DNA from: Adineta vaga
Taxonomy: Eukaryota; Animalia; Rotifera
DNA: 64,000 nt
Reading direction: 5' to 3'
NCBI GenBank assembly: GCA_021613535.1
Contig: CP075494.1
Location: forward strand, 1,426,001 to 1,490,000
The notes below the pieces were generated by a model, which ran no database searches, was not told where the DNA came from, and saw only the letters and a list, made by a program, of their open reading frames with translations. Made by a program: the position numbers and the translations under genes. Shown here piece by piece: positions 52,201 to 63,790 of this stretch; the first letter of the stretch is position 1; each line of letters begins with the position of its first letter.

Positions 52201-53049
52201 TTAACAAACTTTCATATACTCACTTATTCTTGCCCATATTTGATTGAATTGTAAATCATGTTTTCCAAGTTGTTGTTCTAGCTCATTAATGTTCTTTTGA
52301 AGATTTTGTTTCTCATCTTTTAATAAATTGTAGTTTTCGTTAAGATTGTTCACGTGTGTTTCGAGCTTTTGGTTTGCGGTCTCTAGTTGGTTACATCGTT
52401 CATTAATGTTTCTGACTTGTTGATGAAGTTCCTCGTTTTGAGTTGTGAGATCATTGACATGCAATTGGAGTTGATCATTTCTATGTTCAAATATATTGAA
52501 TAGTTTATCTAGAATACTGACTTGCGTTTCAAGTCTGTGATTTTCTGTTATGAGATCATTCACTTGAATTTGAACTCGTTCATTCCTATCGTGAAATATG
52601 TCGAATAATCGAGAGAGATTATTGACTTGTTGCTGAAGTTGTTGATGATCATTCTTCAATCGGTTATATCTTCGATCAATAGTCATGGGTTGCTCAAGAA
52701 CAATATCTTTTGATTGGAACGTACGACGAGTGAATTCACCTCGTGACATAATTCGATCATATCTAGACCCTTCAGCTAGAAATGGTTCTGTGGCATTCGC
52801 ATACGATTTTTCAATGTATTCTTGGCGATGGGCGCGTTTTGAATTTGTTTCATTATAAATATTATCAGCTAAGAAATGTTCATCAGACTGCATTTGGCGA
52901 GATGCATTTGAGCGATACCGACAAACGGAGCAATTACGATTGCTCTTCACCTTGATATCATAATCTGGTTGATGAAATACACGATCACAAGATGAAGCTC
53001 TTATCCGAATAATGGCAGCATTCTCGCAAGCTCTGCATTTGAAATTCAT
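52201..53049 (-). CDS. Coiled-coil protein with N-terminal CxxC pairs
   Basis: 282 aa intronless ORF with CRAC..CSVC, followed by heptad repeats (LQQQVNNL / LETQVSIL / LETHVNNL). Confidence 0.75.
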   Translation of the reverse strand: MNFKCRACENAAIIRIRASSCDRVFHQPDYDIKVKSNRNCSVCRYRSNASRQMQSDEHFLADNIYNETNSKRAHRQEYIEKSYANATEPFLAEGSRYDRIMSRGEFTRRTFQSKDIVLEQPMTIDRRYNRLKNDHQQLQQQVNNLSRLFDIFHDRNERVQIQVNDLITENHRLETQVSILDKLFNIFEHRNDQLQLHVNDLTTQNEELHQQVRNINERCNQLETANQKLETHVNNLNENYNLLKDEKQNLQKNINELEQQLGKHDLQFNQIWARISEYMKVC

Positions 53050-53394
53050 TTTCGCTGACTGTCGTGTCTATTGTGCTTCAACCACACTCTTAATTATAAA
53101 TTACAAATGTAAAGCCGTTTTGTACAAACAATGAGACCTCAGTAGTTAGAAAAAAATAATAAAACCTTGGAACTTTTTTTCTTCGATTTCTCTAATGTAT
53201 ATCGTCATAATATTTATCTTTGATTAAATTCAATGGAGAAACGCACATTTTTTCATGTGAAGAGAAATAATTATTATTTTCTATGTTGTGTCAACAATGA
53301 GTTGTTTATGAACACATTTCAATGACAAATTTTTAAATTGTTAAGAATTCTACACTCATTGATTGGAAAATTAATCCTTTGATGTTATAAATTA

Positions 53395-53431
53395 AGTGTG
53401 AGGATGTTTTTTCCCACCCTCACGCTCGCAC
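53395..53431. repeat. TLP element (degenerate)
   Basis: AGTGTGAGGATG..CCCACCCTCACGCTCGCAC. Confidence 0.45.
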
Positions 53432-53715
53432 TGAAACTTGAATTACTATCTCTTTCTCCAACACATTCCACTAGCTTTTGCATACAATAATATCGCATTT
53501 GCTTATTATGGTCTCGGTAAATATGCAGACGCACTTCGAGTATGAAAAGGACCGCAGACATTACACTAAAAATGCTATCATCGAATCATCCTTTGGCAAT
53601 ACAACGTTAAGCAAGTCTCGATACGCCGACTGGAGAATTTGATACTCTCGAGATGTATGTTAAGTTAGCAACATATTCGAGTATGTCTTGTCCAGATTCG
53701 CCTGAAAACTTGTAA

Positions 53716-53825
53716 TGAGTCCAAAATGGTCGTGCTGAATTCAGAATTTAATTCTCTATCAAATTATGTAGTTCCGAAAAGGGTCATCAAGAGAAAAAAA
53801 ATCGTCACAGTCACACCCTCAAGAT
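53716..53825 (+). repeat. ~110 bp repeat ending in a TLP right arm (copy 1)
   Basis: TGAGTC..ATGGTC.TGCTGAATTCAGAATTTA..TATCAAAT.ATGTAGTT.CGAAAAGGGTCATCAAGAGAA..TCGTCA.AGTCACACCCTCAAGAT; copy 2 is at 61165-61285. Confidence 0.85.
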
Positions 53826-54281
53826 AAGTACTATATATATATATATTCATCGATCGTATAAGTTGTCAATAAAAGATATTCTGAGAATATGTTTAGTTAA
53901 AAGTTAAATTTGAGTTGCTAGGTACCGATGCGTAATGTTACCGATTGTTTCAGAGGTAGATGAAAGTGGTCGACTCTTTCAATAGCATTGTCAATGAGTT
54001 AATGTTTCAACAGTTTGTTTCCGAAATCATTTGGATACCATATAACAACAATAGAACAAACTAGAGAAAAAAACTTGATCAAATGTGCAAGTGAAAATAT
54101 TTTACGTTACTCAAGATGATATCGCTTAACTAAGACAAAAAAAAGATTAAAGATAAGGTTTATATTCACTTTATTTATTGCTAATGAGAGTTTTTAAAAG
54201 ATAGATTAAACATAAGTATGAAACGCATAATGAGAAAAAAAGATAAAAGATTAGAAAAGTGAATAAATATAAGAAAATAAA

Positions 54282-55771
54282 TTAATTTTGACGAAGAATC
54301 ATAATCGTATTTGAACTTGAAATGGGTATAATGATATCAGGCTTAGTATCATTATTAATGTCAGCTACTGATATATAATATGGTTGATTACCAACCGAAA
54401 AAGTAGTTTGAGATAAAAATATACCATTGTCTGTATTAAAAAGAACACTAACAGTATTAGAACCATAATTTGAAGTAACAATATCTGGTTTAGCATCACC
54501 ATTCATGTCAATTACAACTACTGAAATTGGATTCATTCCAACTGAATAAGTAGTTTGAGAAGAAAAATTTCCATTGCCTATATTAAGAAGAACGCTCACA
54601 GTACTGGAATTATGATTTGCTGTAATAATATCAGGTTTATTATCATTATTTACATCAATAACAGCTACCGAAGATGGATTCATTCCAACTGAATAAGTAA
54701 TTTGAGATACAAATGTACCGTTGCCTATATTAAGAAGAATGCTAACAGTATTGGAACCATAATTTGCTGTAATAATATCAAGTTTATTATCATTATTTAC
54801 ATCACGTAAAGTTATGCTCCTTGGTGAATTACCCGTCGGATAAGATGAATACGAAGAAAATGTACCATTACCCATATTAAGAAGAACAGTAATACTGGAA
54901 CTATAAAAACTACCAGCAATAATATCAGGTTTGTTATCATTATTCGCATCACCTATTTCTATTGATGGTGGATTAGAACCAGGTATTAAAAACATTTTTG
55001 TAGGAAAACTTCCATTTCCTGCATTTAAAAAAAAGTTCAGATCAGCTGCAGCTTGATTTGCAACAACAATATCAATTTTATTATCCATATTTAAATCACT
55101 TGCTCTTATGAAACATGGACCACTATCAGTTTCATAAGTTGCTTCGAGAACAAAATTACCATTACCTATATTGAGAAGAACACTAAATGTGTTATTATTC
55201 TTATTTGCCACCATAATATCAGGTTTACTATCATTATTAACATCAGCAACTACTGTTGAATATGGAGAATTACCACCAGCGTAAATTATTTGATTAAGAA
55301 ATGTGATATTATTTACTAAAATACAAAAGAATAGAAATTCAATAATCAAATCAATTTAATATATTCTCACGTACTAGGTATAGCTGTTGTTATTGTATTT
55401 GTTTCTATTTGTAAAAAAATATTAGATATTTTCAATATAAAACTAGAAAACTTACTAAAAAATTTGTTAATAATTGATTGATTTGTATAAATGATTAAAT
55501 AATTTGTATTTAATTCAATATCAATTGTAGTTAAATTTGAAGAAAATAATTGACATGTTGAATTTGTTTGATAATAATTTAATGAAGAATAAATATTATT
55601 TGATTTTGATAATTCACAAATACATTCGTGTTTTGTTTTATTAAATAATATTTGTGATATATTACCAACTAATTTAGCATTATCAATTTTATTCAAAATA
55701 ATACAATTTATATAAGATAATAAACAAAATAGAATAGCGATTCCAAACATCATCTTCTTGAACATTCTCAA
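54282..55771 (-). CDS. Secreted PAN/apple-like domain + FG-GAP/VCBS-repeat protein
   Basis: Signal plus Cys domain exon, a small Thr exon, then 7 repeats of P.SV...DVNND.KPDII.AN..SNTVSVLLN.GNG.F. Confidence 0.9.
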
Positions 55772-56058
55772 ATTCTTAAAAAATGTTTAACAAAAAAAAC
55801 CTTTTTCTTTTTCTTATTCATATAGTTATGAGTATCTGCATCAACTAAGTTTCATTATTTATTCATAACTAAGAGACGAAACTTTTTTTTTCTCTTCAAG
55901 GAAAAAGCATATTGACGATTAGATGAAATAGAAAAAGAAAAAGAAACAACTTTGTTAATTTAAATAATAAAGAAATTGTTCATCATTTTTCGATGTATAT
56001 GAATATATCTACTTAGAAACTCTTTCCATTAAAAACAAAAAAATAAGTAACGCAACAA

Positions 56059-56142
56059 CCATCTTGAGGGTCTGGGTGGGTGTGAATGTGTGTATATCTT
56101 CTTCACTCACATCTACACACACCCACACCCACACCCACCCTC
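56059..56142. repeat. TLP element
   Basis: CCATCTTGAGGGTCTGGGTGGGTGTG...CACACACCCACACCCACACCCACCCTC. Confidence 0.9.
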
Positions 56143-56578
56143 TTCTCAGATAATAAAATCTCTTCCTATAGATCGTTCATGAGATCAATTAATATAAATT
56201 TTTTTCGACTTTGTTTGACATGAAGAACTTCCGTCGGTTATAAATCAAAGAATTTGTATTATAATAAGTAGAGTAAAATAATGTCGTTTTTTTCTTGCTT
56301 TTCATAGAACGCATTAGTAGTGTGATTACAAGCACGTAAAATATTGATGAAAATGAATGCTATTCATGCATCATTTTAAAAACCGTCATATTGGAAATTG
56401 TTCGTAGATGATGTTTCTTCTAATATCTTAATGATATAAAACAAAACAAGAAAAATGAGTTATATTTTATTTGACAATCCACGAACGTCCAATTAGCATT
56501 TCTACTTCTGATATATTTTGCCGTTATGTCTAACATGAAATTCATTTGAGCATTTTTTAGACATAAAAAATTGGTTCT

Positions 56579-57681
56579 ATGAACGTCACTGATGATATTA
56601 CTGCTGCTGTCAATACTATTAATTGGCATTTAGTTTTGTTCATTCGAAGTTGGTGTATAATAATGTTCATTCTTGGCTTTATTGGACATTCATTAAATAT
56701 TTACTTATTTACACGACCCAAATTTTATTCAATATCATGTACCAGATATTTTCTTGCATCATCTATTGTTGGCTACTTTATCATTTTTATCAACCTTCCT
56801 GCACGTCTTCTGCAATTTGGTTTCAATTTAAGTTTGTTTCTTTTATCGGTGGAAATGTGCAAAATTCTATCATTTCTATTTTTGCGATAAGGTATTTGAA
56901 ATCATAATGATATATACTACGATCAAATAAATCTTTTTATTTTCTTTTATAGAGTTTTACCATGTTGGTTTATAGCCCTCGCTTCGGCTGATTGGTATGT
57001 AAGAGAGAATATATAAATGAACACTCTGGTACAATATATTTATTTTTTTTTTATCTTATTAAGGTTTTTTTGTAGTTTAAGATCGGCTACTCATCGTCGT
57101 TATAGTTCAGTTCGTGTTACGAAATATTGTATTCCACTCACAGTTCTATTTATTGGATTAACATATATACCAATACTTATTTTTTATACAATCAATTCAC
57201 CAAGAGCATGTGTTGGTTTACCATAATTATTTCAACAATTTAATACATTTCTTAACTTGATTATATGGAGTTTAATTCCATCCTCGGCTATGTTTGTGTT
57301 TTGTTATCTTACAATTCGACATATTTGACAATCAATTCGAGTACTCGCCGTATCTACAGATCAAAACACTATAAATCATCGACAGAATCGTACGAAGCTT
57401 ATTGATCGACAATTGATGCAAGTACCACTTATTCAGTCAATTCAATTTGGATCAACATCAGCTTGTGGTGTCATTGCAGGACTTTACTCTATCACTAGTA
57501 ACAACACGTGAAAGTGTCCATTAGATATAGCCAAGGAAAATTTTCTTACTAATGTACTCTCTTTTGTTGGTCTTTTGGGCCATGTATAAGTTTTTATTTG
57601 TGTACATTATCGAGTCGACTCTTTCGACATGAAATCCTCAAATTACTTTGGTATCGACGATTTCATGCCTTGAATCGTTAA
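56579..57681 (+). pseudogene. Rhodopsin-like GPCR pseudogene (2 introns)
   Basis: GFIGHSLNIYLF..SCTRYFLAS..MCK, a small exon with CWFIALASAD, then RFF.., IDRQLMQV. In-frame stops occur at ~57224, ~57327 and ~57509, with a later frameshift. Confidence 0.8.
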
Positions 57682-59003
57682 CTGCTTTATTTAATTGTAG
57701 AACTTTTGTTCTTCGTGACGATATGATCTATTGATGGTATACACTGTAGAGTAGCTAACAAGTTCTTTATCAAAGGGAGAATCAAATGAGTCCGCTATAT
57801 TTTCAACAAAGATGTTGATTCTTTAATTATTTGTACAGATATGTTCCTAGCTTTTATACAAGAGAGAAAATTCGAACCAAACTGATCTAGTATGTAAAAA
57901 TTATCTTGAATAAGAGAGCTAACTCTCTCAAAAATTACGAAAAGCAATATTCATATCCTCACAAATGGGTTAATTTTATGATTGAAATAAAAGACTTCAT
58001 GGAAAACGATCGTTTGTTCATATATTATTCCAATAAAAAGTTTAACGTTTTCATTTGCTCTTATAAAAACGTGTGCTTAGGATTGGCATTTAGTTCAGTC
58101 AAAATGTAGATTGTGGAAAGTCGGGTGTTTGTGCTGTTTGCATAGACTAGTAATACTCTAAAAACGAGATTAGAGAAATTCTCATATTGCTATTCTAAGA
58201 TCGTTTATAATGAAAATAGATATTTTTTAATGAATTTCTGCAATGACGTCAAATATAACAATTCATTCTCCTCTTTTTTACTGTTTATACTTTTCTCATT
58301 TCATTTGTCCGATCTATTCTCTCCCTTTTGCTCGCCTATATATAAGTGTATTTTGTATGTAAATTATTAATTATTATGCTTGAAGTGCGAAAATAAACTA
58401 AAGCGTGGGTTCATCAGTAAAAACGGAAATTAATTTTGTTTATTTGTCTTACAAAGTCATGCATTTCTGATATTAAAAAAAGATTTTTGCGATAAAAAGA
58501 AACGAGCTTGATTTTATTATTACAATATATCAAAACAATCATTGATTTTATTGAAAATTTGTTAGTTAATAAATTAAGATATATTTAGAACTCTCTGAAA
58601 GAACAGCCATTCGTATATAGTATCGTATCTTTGAGTTCAAGATGATATTTACCCAACGACAAATGTATAGCCTAGAATTTCCATTTATTTTATTGTGTTA
58701 AAAATAGTGCATTACTTTTTTTCTTAGATGTTTTCAATAGAAGATATGTTCTAGGGGTTTTATCTTTCTCGACGTCTATAATTTCTTTTTCTTTTTAGCA
58801 TTGTTTTGTGATCACTTGAAGAAAAAGAAAATGAGAATGATAGTTTTTTTTCCATCAGTATATAAAGCATAACATTTCTACATTTTTTTCTGTTAGTTTG
58901 AAGAAGAAAAATCGACTTACTCCTAACAAGAAACACAATTGTTATAAACAGTATGTTCTTTTCTTTTTTTTTATATAAATCTGATTTGAATAGTTGATTT
59001 CAG

Positions 59004-60256
59004 TGATATATTCTCAGTTCTGAAAAAAATTGAGAAATATTAATTTCTTTCGATCAATTCCTCCAACAACTGATCCATATGAACTTCTTAATCAAAAAAT
59101 CTCAACAATATTATTTCTTATTTTATTATTTTTATGCTTAACAATTGTTCTTTTATATAATGCATTCATAAACAAAGAACGAACGCATTATGTCAAATCG
59201 CCAACATTTGAACAATATACACAATTGAATTCAGTAGATTCACAATCGCTAACATGTCCATGTACATCAATATCAATTAGTTATCGGGAATTCTTTTATA
59301 TTGATTATAAATTTCATGAAATATGTACAAGTATCTTTGTTACTCAACATTGGATTAATTATTTCGTTGATTTTAGTCAGTACAATGCTTTATATAACAT
59401 TGATTTTCGATTTACAGGATCATCAATGTTCCAAGCATTACGTTCGTTTTGTCGATTGGTAAATCAAACAATCTCAAATCGTTTAAATGAATTTTATTCC
59501 AATAAATATGTAAGTCCATTTATTGTATCTCCAACAACATTGAAATTACAAATTGAAGAATTAGTTTCTCAATTTATATCATCAATCAATACAACATTTC
59601 TATTATCATTATCAACAATACGAGATACAACTCAAATCAATGGATTAATATCTGGACAATTAACTAATTATTTCTTTCATTCTTCATATAGTTCATATGT
59701 AACACCTTATCCAAAAACATATGGAAATTGTAGTTGTCAGTATTCATCAACATGTATTACTCAATCTAGAATTTATTTAGACCTGAACTTGGAACATTCT
59801 TTTGGTGTTCCCGGTATATATACCGGATGTTATGAAATAGAATCATTACTTCAATCTGATCTTCGATGTTTTTATAATCAAACTTGTATTGATGAATTTC
59901 TTTCTTATTATCGGCCGGCTTCAATAATGGAAACTACAGCACTTGATCATTTATTGTCAAATAAATTTCCTCCGCTCACAAGAATTGAAGAAGTTCTTAA
60001 TGAACTAATGGTTGAAGAATGGAAACCATCAATACGGTATGAGAAATATTATAATGAATGTCAACCATTACAATGCACTTATCGTTATGTGAGAAGAACT
60101 TCTGTAGTTTATATTGTTACCGAGGTAATTGCATTAGTGGGCAGTTTAATTGAAATTTTAAAATTAATCGCACCACGAATAGTTAAATTGATTTCATTTG
60201 GTATTCGAAAATGTCGAAAAAAACGTACCGTAGTGATGCCATTTATCGAAACTTAA
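59004..60256 (+). CDS. Single-module member of the Cys-rich TM-flanked family (5' exon not located)
   Basis: Same motifs as 32516-36229: ST.LF, CPC, FHEICTS, DFR, FQAL..FC, LRCFYNQTC, LMVEEW, CQPLQCTY. Splice acceptor at ~59003. Confidence 0.82.
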
Positions 60257-60839
60257 CATGATAATAAACATTTTGACTTTGCTTGATAAGATAAATACGA
60301 TGTCTTGAAGATGTAAATGAGGATATCTCTTTCTCATCCATACGCTTCCATTTATTCACTTATTATAAACGGAGTAGAGGATTGAAAGCGAATATATCGA
60401 TTTTTCAATAAACATTACTAATGTATCGATCTCACCTTTGTCCACCTACATTCTCACATAAATATGTTTAAAAACAAAGCTAAACTAAATAAACGAAAAT
60501 GTGAAGGGTTGTCAAAGATACGTATGATAGTTTTATTCATCAGTTAGAAATTTGCATATTGTTTTTGTAAAATCAAACCTCAATGCCACGTTTATGTTAA
60601 ATGAATGAAGATGAATAACTCGAAATGTAAAAAATAAGTCAATTGGTTTTTTTTCTATGATTTGTTAGAAAATATGTAACTCGGAAAAAATGAAGTCATT
60701 ATATAAAAAAAGAAAAATTTTAAATAAAAGAATAAAATATGTCGCAAGATTTATTAACTAAAACTAAGATTCAAATAGAATATTTTATTGATTTACTCTG
60801 TTCATTTTCAAATATTTCAACTGAAATGATTAAAAAGAC

Positions 60840-60905
60840 TCTTGAGGGTGTGGGTAAGAGTAAGGAAAGGATAGATATCAATATCTACACCCACACCCAC
60901 CCCTC
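60840..60905. repeat. TLP element
   Basis: TCTTGAGGGTGTGGGT...gatagatatcaatatcta-CACCCACACCCACCCCTC. Confidence 0.88.
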
Positions 60906-61164
60906 TCGGGGTGATATTTGTAGAGCAATCCAGTGCCAATGAGACCTATTTCATTTATTGGCAAAATTTCATATTGAAAATGCGTCATTGGACTTTTTTC
61001 GAAATACCTTCTAATAAGCCAAAAATCGAGTATAAAACCGTCATAACTTAGTAATAAAGACATGCGGGCATGAATACTTTTGATGTTTTTCATACCTCAT
61101 CGAGATCTACTTACTACCAAAAGATGGGATCTAAACTGATTAAACACCTGAATATGCTCCCTCG

Positions 61165-61285
61165 TGAGTCTAAAAATATGGTCATGCTGAATTCAGAATT
61201 TACTTCTTTATCAAATGATGTAGTTTCGAAAAGGGTCATCAAGAGAAGAAAATTCGTCATAGTCACACACCCACCCTCAAGATGG
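61165..61285 (+). repeat. ~120 bp repeat ending in a TLP right arm (copy 2)
   Basis: Aligns with 53716-53825 and ends CACACACCCACCCTCAAGATGG. Confidence 0.85.
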
Positions 61286-62312
61286 TATTATACACAGAGA
61301 GCAAAGACTTTCGCACTTTCCTATATTTCATTTCATATTATAATAATTTGAATTGGAATGCTTTTTAATGAAAAAGATCTTAACACTGATAAAACTACGT
61401 CTTCATATATTTTTCCTCTCAAAAAGTGCATCACTTCAATATAAAACACACATATATATATATACCTGTCCATTAAAAAGAATGATAGAAAAGATGAATA
61501 TCTATTGATAAGAATGACAGATATCATGTGTAGAGTATATCTTTAAGTGCGAACATTAAATATATGTATTTTTCATTGCCACACTATTATACGCAATTTT
61601 ATTTTTTCTTCGCATTATTTATCTAACATTAAAAAAGAGAAGTGAATACATATTTGCAACGTAAGTGAATGTATTATATCAGTTCGATTGAAATAAACCA
61701 AAAAATTTTAGACAATTTTATTCTTCATATAATTTTTTCTTTGAGAAAGGAGAATAATTTAATTACAATAAATCGAGAGAATTTATATAATAACTAGAAC
61801 TGAATGAGTTTAAATATATCAGATGTGCCAATAATGATGGTAGACGTTGCGTATTTGATCTATGTCTAGACGCATAATTATATTGTCACAGTAATTCTGT
61901 TTCCCTCCTTCTGCATCTGATGATTCTCCCTTTTTATTGAAGATTGACCGGGCGACCGATGTATAAAAAGGATGAAGAAAGAAAAGGCAAGACAGATTGA
62001 ATTTAGAGTGAAAATGAGTTGGGACGTGGAGTTCATCTTGTGTGGAGTAATCTTTAGTAATAAATAAAAGTAAAATAGTAAACCAAGTACTCTGATCTCT
62101 TTATTTATTGGAACGTAACTGAATTACGTTACATTAGATACTCCCCGTCTTAGCTAAATATATAAGAGTTGAACAAAACAAGTATTTTTTGGTTTTATCG
62201 ATAGTTAGAATAGCTCAATTCTCGAAGTTCAATTGTAATTGAACACACACAAAGAAATATAATTTTTTAAATGATTGTCTATATCTTTTTTCAGTTTAAT
62301 ATTATCATCTCA

Positions 62313-63140
62313 ATGTCTACTCAAGGACCAACATATATTGATCATAATGGATATTTAATACCATTTGGTTTTTCAATCGATTTATTAAATTCAGCTTTAG
62401 AATTTCAACCTAAATCAAATACTATTTTCATTTGTTCTTATCCAAAATGTGGTACAACTTGGATGCAAAATATTGTATATTTATTAATGCATGCTGGAGA
62501 ATCATTTCCATCGAATCTTCAAGTTGATAATGTAATGCCACATTTAGAATTGTCGGGAAGTAAATTTTGTGAAAATTTTCCTGTAATTAAAACACATTTA
62601 CCACGAAATTTCTTACATATAAATCCACAAGCGAAATATATTGTTGTAGCACGAAATCCAAAAGATTGTTGTGTCTCTTTTTATCATCATACTCGTGGTT
62701 TCGTTACTTATTACAATTATGCTAATGGCACATTTGATGATTATTTCGAACGTTTTATCAATGGAAAAGTTGATTTTAATGATTATTTCGATCATTTTCA
62801 ATCATGGGAACCATATTTAAATGATTCAAATGTATTTTTCTGTACATATGAACAATTAAAATCTGATACAAAAGAAATCATCAAGAAATTAGCTTTATTT
62901 CTTGGAATAGAAATGGATAAGAATATGTTAGAAAAAGTACTTAACAATTGTTCATTTGCATCAATGAAGAAAGATGGTCAACGTTGGACTGATGAACGTC
63001 CGGATGATATGCCATTATTTATGAGAAAAGGCGAAATTGGCGACTGGCGTAATCATTTTACACAAGAACAGTCTGATCGTATGGACATGAAAATTAAACA
63101 ATATCCTTTAATGAACGAACTTTGGGGAAAATACATGTAG
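62313..63140 (+). CDS. Cytosolic sulfotransferase (Sulfotransfer_1 family)
   Basis: SYPKCGTTW (5'PSB), IKTHLP, RNPKDCCVS (3'PB), FMRKGEIGDWRNHFT. An upstream in-frame ATG is at 62271. Confidence 0.95.
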   Translation: MSTQGPTYIDHNGYLIPFGFSIDLLNSALEFQPKSNTIFICSYPKCGTTWMQNIVYLLMHAGESFPSNLQVDNVMPHLELSGSKFCENFPVIKTHLPRNFLHINPQAKYIVVARNPKDCCVSFYHHTRGFVTYYNYANGTFDDYFERFINGKVDFNDYFDHFQSWEPYLNDSNVFFCTYEQLKSDTKEIIKKLALFLGIEMDKNMLEKVLNNCSFASMKKDGQRWTDERPDDMPLFMRKGEIGDWRNHFTQEQSDRMDMKIKQYPLMNELWGKYM

Positions 63141-63634
63141 TCTTTTACTTATTGTTTTATTTTGTATTTAAAAAACATTCATCGTAGTTCAAATAAAACT
63201 TGTAAGACAATGGTAGACGCTATGGAATGAAAAGGTTATATTCGTGTTCACATCCAGGACATATAACGTCGACATCTAACTAACACGAAGAGATTTTTTC
63301 CATTCTTTAAATTTGTTGTCATAACTGATAAGAGTTCTCTATAAACAGATCGCAAGAAAAATGTTATTGAATAATAAATGCGAAAATTTCGGATTTTATC
63401 TGAAAGTTATGTATATTGCTTTCATAATGATATTAATCAGATAAATATAATGATTTTAGGTGTACTTAAAAAGTGAGTACATTACAGAATCGATCAGTGT
63501 GTACATCCCTCCGTTTACACGATAACTTTCGAAAGAAATGGCAGAGTCATCGAAAAACTTTTATTCTCAAAATCATTGAAAACGTTTATAAATCGACCCA
63601 CTTTTTAACGCTGATTACGAATATAATATCAGTT

Positions 63635-63790
63635 TTGAGGGTGTGGGTGTGAAAGAAGAACAGATACACCTACACCCTAAAGATTTTCGTAATCATATGA
63701 ACTAGTACTGCTACTTTAACCGTCTGAAGAGTACCTTAGCAAGGGCGAAATCATGATCACGGCAGCTATACTCACCCATCCACCCTCAAG
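63635..63790. repeat. TLP element plus a second right-half element
   Basis: TTGAGGGTGTGGGTGTG-aaagaagaacagata-CACCTACACCCTAAAGA (63635-63683) and AGCTATACT-CACCCATCCACCCTCAAG (63764-63790). Confidence 0.85.

Noticed and set aside
2096-63790. TLP elements as a CRISPR array
   Set aside because: They are dispersed kilobases apart, vary in sequence and length, lie in a eukaryotic context, and there are no cas genes.
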